Below are positions 27,332 to 32,000 of a DNA stretch of 32,000 bases, one piece after another. The stretch comes from Candidatus Methanoperedens sp. (GTDB lineage: Archaea; Halobacteriota; Methanosarcinia; Methanosarcinales; Methanoperedenaceae), in the NCBI GenBank assembly GCA_041494705.1, contig JBGQBI010000001.1:330001-362000 (forward strand), in the 5' to 3' direction. Within the stretch, counting starts at the first letter, position 1. Every line of letters begins with the position of its first letter. A program made the translations under genes and the position numbers. The notes under the pieces are model-generated. The model ran no database searches and was not told the DNA's origin. It saw only the letters and a program-made list of their open reading frames with translations.

Positions 27332-28480
27332 GTGGAGACCGATGAACTTATTGTAAACATGGGTCCGGTGCATCCCAGCACTCACGGTGTACTGCGCTTT
27401 AGATTAAGGATGGATGGCGAAATAATCAAGGAATGCACACCTGTCCTGGGTTATCTCCACAGGGGAACTGAAAAACTCGGTGAAATGAAAACGTATCTGC
27501 AATTTATACCATATACCGACAGGCTCGATTATCTCTCAGCTTTCCCCAACAATTATGCATTTGTCAAAGCGGTGGAAGAACTTGCAGGCATTGAAGTTCC
27601 GTTAAGGGCGGAATATATCCGCGTTATTGTCATGGAGCTTAACAGGATAGTGAACCATCTTGTATCTATCGGTTCCCTGCTGATGGATTTAGGTGCATCT
27701 ACAATGATGATGTGGGGATTCAGGGAAAGAGAGAATGCTCTCCAGCTATTCGAGAAGCTCTGCGGCGCAAGGATGACGTTCAATTATATCAAACCCGGCG
27801 GGGTAAGAGAAGACCTCCCCGAAGGCTTCATACCACAACTCAATGAGTTCCTGAAAGACATGGAAAAACGCATTGAGGATTATGAACAGCTTATCAACAG
27901 CAATGAAATATTCCTGATGAGAATGAAAAATATCGGTGTGATAAGCGCCGATGATGCCATAAATTACGGCATGACCGGTCCCACGCTTCGGGGTTCGGGC
28001 GTGAATTACGACCTTCGCAAATACGAGCCGTACTCGATATACCGTGACCTTGATTTCAGGGCATGTATGCGTAATGAATGCGACAGCTACGCAAGGTACA
28101 TGGTCAGGATAGACGAGATGAAAGAAAGCCTGCACATCCTGCGGCAGGTTGTTGATACCATGCCCGAAGCAAAGATTGTCAGCAGCGCAAAATACGGCAT
28201 AGCGCCGATGACAGGAGCCCCCTCTGCGGTATCGACATATTTCCCGAGGATTTTCGCACCGCCTGCAGGCGAAGTTTACAGCAGGATTGAGGCGCCCAAA
28301 GGAGAATTGGGTTTCTACATCATCAGTGACGGCACTACCAAACCGTATCGTGTAAAGATACGTTCTCCTTCTTTCTGCAATCTTACAGCAATACCCAAAA
28401 TGGTGCAGGGACTTAAAATCCCGGACCTGATAGCTGCTTTTGGAACTATTGATGTTGTGCTTGGCGACGTGGACAGGTGA
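27332..28480 (+). CDS. fpoD: F420H2 dehydrogenase subunit D
   Basis: 382 aa with NMGPVHPSTHGVLR, HRGTEKL and DVVLGDVDR, the NuoD signatures. Confidence 0.93.
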   Translation: METDELIVNMGPVHPSTHGVLRFRLRMDGEIIKECTPVLGYLHRGTEKLGEMKTYLQFIPYTDRLDYLSAFPNNYAFVKAVEELAGIEVPLRAEYIRVIVMELNRIVNHLVSIGSLLMDLGASTMMMWGFRERENALQLFEKLCGARMTFNYIKPGGVREDLPEGFIPQLNEFLKDMEKRIEDYEQLINSNEIFLMRMKNIGVISADDAINYGMTGPTLRGSGVNYDLRKYEPYSIYRDLDFRACMRNECDSYARYMVRIDEMKESLHILRQVVDTMPEAKIVSSAKYGIAPMTGAPSAVSTYFPRIFAPPAGEVYSRIEAPKGELGFYIISDGTTKPYRVKIRSPSFCNLTAIPKMVQGLKIPDLIAAFGTIDVVLGDVDR

Positions 28481-29592
28481 TGGGAATGATAGCAAACGCT
28501 TACGAACTGATTATTTATATATTGGAATTTTTTGGGGTTTACGGGCCAATCAAAAACATATTCCAGGTTCTCGGAATAGAGTTTGTTTTGAAAATCATAA
28601 TCGTACTGGTTGAGGTTGGTATTCTATTTGTTTTTGTGCTTCTCACTGTTATGTTCCTTACATGGATGGAACGAAAAGTCGTCGCCATGGTGCAGTCAAG
28701 GTACGGGCCCATGGTCACCGGACCGCGCGGCCTGCTCCAGCCGGTCATGGATGGCGTGAAACTCATCGGGAAAGAAGATATTATACCCGCAAAGGCTGAC
28801 AGGTGGATATTTACACTTGCTCCTTTTATCATATTTATCCCCGCGCTCCTTGTGTTCATTCCCCTTCCATTCGGCCAGTCGCTGATAATATCCGACCTGC
28901 GGGTAGGGTTGCTCTACATCATCGCGATTTCAGCGGTATCGCCCGTAGCTATACTGCTCGCAGGATGGGCCTCGAATAACAAATATTCGCTTATGGGCGC
29001 AATGAGGGCCGTGGCGCAGGATATCAGTTATACCATCCCGCTTGCCCTTGCAGCAATTGCCATTGTGTTATTTACAGGTTCTCTCAGCACCGTGGATATC
29101 GTGAATGCACAGAGCGGAACATGGTTCGGGATAATCCCCAAATGGTTCATATTCATACAGCCTCTCGGATTTATCCTGTTCCTTATCGCCTCTATCGCTG
29201 AAATGGGGAGAATACCGTTTGACTTCCAGGAATCCGAATCCGAGCTTGTCGCAGGGTTTTTCACAGAATATAGCGGAATGAAATTCGCAATGTTCTTCCT
29301 TGCAGAATATGCGCATCTGTTCGCAGTCTCAGGAATCGTTGTTACACTGTTCCTTGGAGGATGGACATTCCCCATTCTTCCCTTTGTCCCTCCAATGTTA
29401 GTTCCACTGGTATCGCTGGGAATCTTCCTGGTTAAAACTTACGCGGTAATATTCTTTGCAATGTGGCTCCGTGACACCGTGCCGAGGATGAGGATAGACC
29501 AGCTTCTTAATATCGGATGGAAAATAATGGTGCCGCTTGCACTTTTGAACCTGCTGCTTGCGGGATTCCTTATTACCGCGGGGGTGTTCTGA
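28477..29592 (+). CDS. fpoH: F420H2 dehydrogenase subunit H
   Basis: 371 aa polytopic protein. WMERKVVAMVQSRYGPMVTGPRGLLQPVMDGVKL and PFDFQESESELVAGFFTEYSG are NuoH signatures. Confidence 0.93.
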   Translation: MMGMIANAYELIIYILEFFGVYGPIKNIFQVLGIEFVLKIIIVLVEVGILFVFVLLTVMFLTWMERKVVAMVQSRYGPMVTGPRGLLQPVMDGVKLIGKEDIIPAKADRWIFTLAPFIIFIPALLVFIPLPFGQSLIISDLRVGLLYIIAISAVSPVAILLAGWASNNKYSLMGAMRAVAQDISYTIPLALAAIAIVLFTGSLSTVDIVNAQSGTWFGIIPKWFIFIQPLGFILFLIASIAEMGRIPFDFQESESELVAGFFTEYSGMKFAMFFLAEYAHLFAVSGIVVTLFLGGWTFPILPFVPPMLVPLVSLGIFLVKTYAVIFFAMWLRDTVPRMRIDQLLNIGWKIMVPLALLNLLLAGFLITAGVF

Positions 29593-30008
29593 TGGCCTGG
29601 ATAAGCAAGAACTGGGCAATGAGCGGTATAATAAAAGGACTCATTGTCACATTAAAACATGTTTTACACATCGGGAACAGGCCCACGGTTACAGTGCAGT
29701 ATCCATATGAAAGGATGAAGGTTTCACCGAGATTCAGGGGATTGCATGCAGTTGATGAAAATGCCTGCATCGGCTGCGGGATATGTGAAGTGAACTGCCC
29801 GAACGGAACTATCCGGATAGTCAAATATAATACAAGATGGTATCCTCAGGTCAATATCGGAATGTGCCTCTTCTGCGGAATATGCGTCGATGTCTGCCCG
29901 ATGAATGCCATGAAAATGACGGGCAATTACGAACTTGCAGACTATACCCGGCAAAGCCTTGTGTACGGTCCTGACAGGCTGTTGTTCAATAAAGAGGTGA
30001 AACAGTGA
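29592..30008 (+). CDS. fpoI: F420H2 dehydrogenase subunit I (2x[4Fe-4S] ferredoxin-type)
   Basis: CIGCGICEVNCP and CLFCGICVDVCP. ATG 29592 overlaps the fpoH stop by 1 nt. The ORF-track start at 29517 lies inside fpoH. Confidence 0.9.
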   Translation: MAWISKNWAMSGIIKGLIVTLKHVLHIGNRPTVTVQYPYERMKVSPRFRGLHAVDENACIGCGICEVNCPNGTIRIVKYNTRWYPQVNIGMCLFCGICVDVCPMNAMKMTGNYELADYTRQSLVYGPDRLLFNKEVKQ

Positions 30009-30250
30009 TAGACATTGTATTTGTGGTTATTTCAATCATCACGATTTTATCATCAATAATGGTGGTCCAGGCAAAAAAATTAGTCCATAGCGCCGTATAT
30101 CTTGCAGGCGCCCTTATCGGTACGGCCGGGCTTTTCATTCTGCTCAAGGCTGAGTTCATCGCATGGATACAGGTGCTCGTTTATGTGGGAGCAGTTGTAA
30201 CGCTGATACTGTTCACGATAATGCTAACAAGGAAGGGAGAGGAAGAATAA
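30005..30250 (+). CDS. fpoJ: F420H2 dehydrogenase subunit J, N-terminal half
   Basis: 81 aa with three TM helices (VHSAVYLAGALIGTAGLFILL...WIQVLVYVGAVVTLILFTIML), NuoJ-like. Ends at TAA 30248-30250. Confidence 0.8.
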   Translation: MIDIVFVVISIITILSSIMVVQAKKLVHSAVYLAGALIGTAGLFILLKAEFIAWIQVLVYVGAVVTLILFTIMLTRKGEEE

Positions 30251-30502
30251 ATGCTCAACAAACTCTTAAATTTACTGATTATATTGCTTTTATTTGCAGT
30301 ATTGTTCCTGGCAATCGATGACAGTACAAGGGTGTGGGCAGGAAAAGAAGAGGTAACTCCCATCAGTATAGAGGAAATCGCAGGAGGGCCGGCTGCCAGA
30401 GGCGGGATATTCAGTGATTATATTTTTTCTTTTGAACTGCTCTCACTGCTGCTGCTGGCTGCGTTAATCGGCGCCCTGTATATTGCAAAAAAGGAGGCGT
30501 AG
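30251..30502 (+). CDS. fpoJ: F420H2 dehydrogenase subunit J, C-terminal half
   Basis: 83 aa. The ATG follows the preceding TAA directly, in the same frame. [24 protein letters not shown] matches the NuoJ C-terminal helix. Confidence 0.8.
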   Translation: MLNKLLNLLIILLLFAVLFLAIDDSTRVWAGKEEVTPISIEEIAGGPAARGGIFSDYIFSFELLSLLLLAALIGALYIAKKEA

Positions 30503-30503
30503 C

Positions 30504-30803
30504 ATGTCCCTTTATACATATCTATTAATTTCTGCAATCATATTCGCAATCGGTTCATATGGAATAATTACACAGAGAAGTGGAATTAAAATCCTTATGT
30601 GCATAGAACTCCTGCTCAATTCTGCAAATCTTAACCTTGTCGCATTTTCAAGTTTCAATGGTAACGCCACAGGCCAGGTTTTCGCCATATTTTCAATCGC
30701 AATAGCAGCCGCGGAAGCGGCTATCGGATTTGCCATACTTGTAGCCCTTTTCAGGGTGCGGGATACGATAAATCTCGATGACATCAATATTCTGAGGTGG
30801 TAA
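30504..30803 (+). CDS. fpoK: F420H2 dehydrogenase subunit K
   Basis: 99 aa, NuoK-like ([18 protein letters not shown]...[17 protein letters not shown]). ATG 30504 is preceded by AAGGAGG. The ORF-track start at 30483 overlaps fpoJ. Confidence 0.9.
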   Translation: MSLYTYLLISAIIFAIGSYGIITQRSGIKILMCIELLLNSANLNLVAFSSFNGNATGQVFAIFSIAIAAAEAAIGFAILVALFRVRDTINLDDINILRW

Positions 30804-30804
30804 T

Positions 30805-32000
30805 ATGTTCAGTGATTACGCAGCATTAATTGTGTTACTGCCTGTAATTGCGTTTGTACTGACGCTTTTCCTGGGTAAGAAACTGTATTCAGGCGGAGCA
30901 TTGCTACCAATTGCCGCCATTGCAGGCTCGTTTATCATCTCTTTGGGGACTTTCCTTGAGATTTACCCGACAAACGGGATAGTCCAGCAATCGTGGCCGT
31001 GGTTTGCAGGCATGAATATCGGCATACTCATCGACCCGCTTGCGGTCGTTATGCTGATGATGGTTTCATTCGTAAGCCTGCTCATCCATATCTACGCTGT
31101 GGGATACATGTCGCATGACCCTGCAAAACCGAGATATTTCGCAGAAACGTCGCTCTTTACAGCAGCAATGTTGAGCGTAGTCCTCTCTGATAATATTCTC
31201 CAGTTCTTCATATCATGGGAACTCGTGGGTCTTTGTTCGTTCCTGCTTATCGGGTTCTGGTACCATAAGCCGTCAGCAGCAGCGGCAGCAAAGAAAGCAT
31301 TCCTTGTGACAAGAGTGGGTGATGTGCTGTTCCTTGCAGGGATAGTCCTGCTCTATGTCAATATGAGCGAGATTATTGCAGGACGCGGTTTCAGCATAGC
31401 CCAGGGTAACTTTATGCTACAGTTCAAGACCATGTTCGAGGCAATACCACTCATCAATCCCACCCAACTGACCTATATCACTTTACTATTCTTCGGTGGC
31501 GCCATAGGCAAGAGCGGCCAGTTCCCGCTTCACGGGTGGCTGCCTGATGCCATGGAAGGCCCGACAACGGTTTCTGCTTTGATTCATGCCGCAACAATGG
31601 TTACCGCCGGCGTATATCTTGTCGCCCGGACGTTCCCCATGTTTGCGGCAACGCCCTCCACACTTTCACCAGGTGTACCGGATTCGCTACTCATCGTGGC
31701 TTATGTTGGAGGGTTCACCGCGCTATTCGCTGCTACAATGGGACTTGTAATGAACGATATTAAAAGGGTGCTTGCCTACTCGACCGTTAGCCAGCTCGGC
31801 TATATGATGCTCGCCCTGGGAACGGCGGGGGCGGTTGTAGGCTCCCAGGCTGTTGGAATATCCATGTTCCACCTGATAAGCCATGCCTTTTTCAAGGCGC
31901 TCCTCTTCCTCTGCGCCGGAAGCGTTATTCATGCAGTAGGCACAAACGACATTCGCGAGATGGGGGGTTTGTTTAGCAAGATGAAGATTACAGCCACAAC
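30805..32000 (+). CDS. fpoL: F420H2 dehydrogenase subunit L (N-terminal roughly 398 codons; continues past the window)
   Basis: My own translation from ATG 30805: MFSDYAALIVLLPVIAFVLTLFLGKK...ISWELVGLCSFLLIGFWYHKPSAAAAAKKAF...GKSGQFPLHGWLPDAMEGPTTVSALIHAATMVTAG, the NuoL/antiporter-like signature. No stop occurs before the window end, which is why it is absent from the ORF track. Confidence 0.9.
   Translation, partial: MFSDYAALIVLLPVIAFVLTLFLGKKLYSGGALLPIAAIAGSFIISLGTFLEIYPTNGIVQQSWPWFAGMNIGILIDPLAVVMLMMVSFVSLLIHIYAVGYMSHDPAKPRYFAETSLFTAAMLSVVLSDNILQFFISWELVGLCSFLLIGFWYHKPSAAAAAKKAFLVTRVGDVLFLAGIVLLYVNMSEIIAGRGFSIAQGNFMLQFKTMFEAIPLINPTQLTYITLLFFGGAIGKSGQFPLHGWLPDAMEGPTTVSALIHAATMVTAGVYLVARTFPMFAATPSTLSPGVPDSLLIVAYVGGFTALFAATMGLVMNDIKRVLAYSTVSQLGYMMLALGTAGAVVGSQAVGISMFHLISHAFFKALLFLCAGSVIHAVGTNDIREMGGLFSKMKITAT

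Noticed and set aside
27746-28495. 249-aa minus-strand ORF
   Set aside because: It is antisense to fpoD, whose NuoD signatures are unambiguous. The 209-aa ORF at 5670-6299 and the 205-aa ORF at 3972-4589, both antisense to EF-2, are rejected for the same reason.
30248-30250. Recoding (pyrrolysine/selenocysteine) at the in-frame stop inside fpoJ
   Set aside because: The stop is TAA, not TAG or TGA. An ATG follows immediately, and as far as I recall the split is annotated in Methanosarcina.

Overview
The window reads as archaeal chromosome, euryarchaeal and Methanosarcinales-like. An Fpo (F420H2 dehydrogenase, no NuoEFG) operon alongside several large multihaem c-type cytochromes suggests an ANME-2d / Candidatus Methanoperedens-type host; this is inference only, with no search run.

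Layout:
- 1-7941 (+): conserved transcription/translation cluster rpoA'(3' part)-rpoA''-L30e-NusA-S12-S7-aEF2-aEF1alpha-S10.
- 8024-12371 (+): six translationally coupled genes for proteins with class-III (type IV pilin-like) N-termini. They are very rich in N-glycosylation sequons, and no assembly ATPase, platform protein or prepilin peptidase lies nearby.
- 12372-13067: a small DUF4258-like toxin / zinc-finger antitoxin cassette. It is bracketed by a 57-bp duplication of the last pilin gene's 3' end, and the toxin is frameshifted.
- 13100-14268 (-): secE-spt5/nusG-L11, ending without the usual L1-L10-L12.
- 14445-16330: a lipoprotein, an AN1-zinc-finger rhomboid protease and a YkgJ-type Cys-cluster protein.
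- 16535-20558: a four-gene cytochrome cluster. It comprises a 7-haem membrane-anchored cytochrome c plus cytochrome b on the + strand, and a 13-haem NapC/NrfH-like cytochrome plus a 6-haem cytochrome with a PGF-CTERM sorting signal on the - strand.
- 20738-25792: housekeeping genes (tRNA thiolation PP-loop ATPase, purD, TBP, L15e, DUF54 RNA-binding protein).
- 25875-32000 (+): fpoABCDHIJ(split)KL, with L running off the window.

I recognised no rRNA, tRNA, CRISPR array, transposase or integrase.

Most interesting signals: the pilin-like operon and its TA insertion with synonymous-only repeat divergence, the cytochrome module, and a duplicated nusA translation-initiation region.
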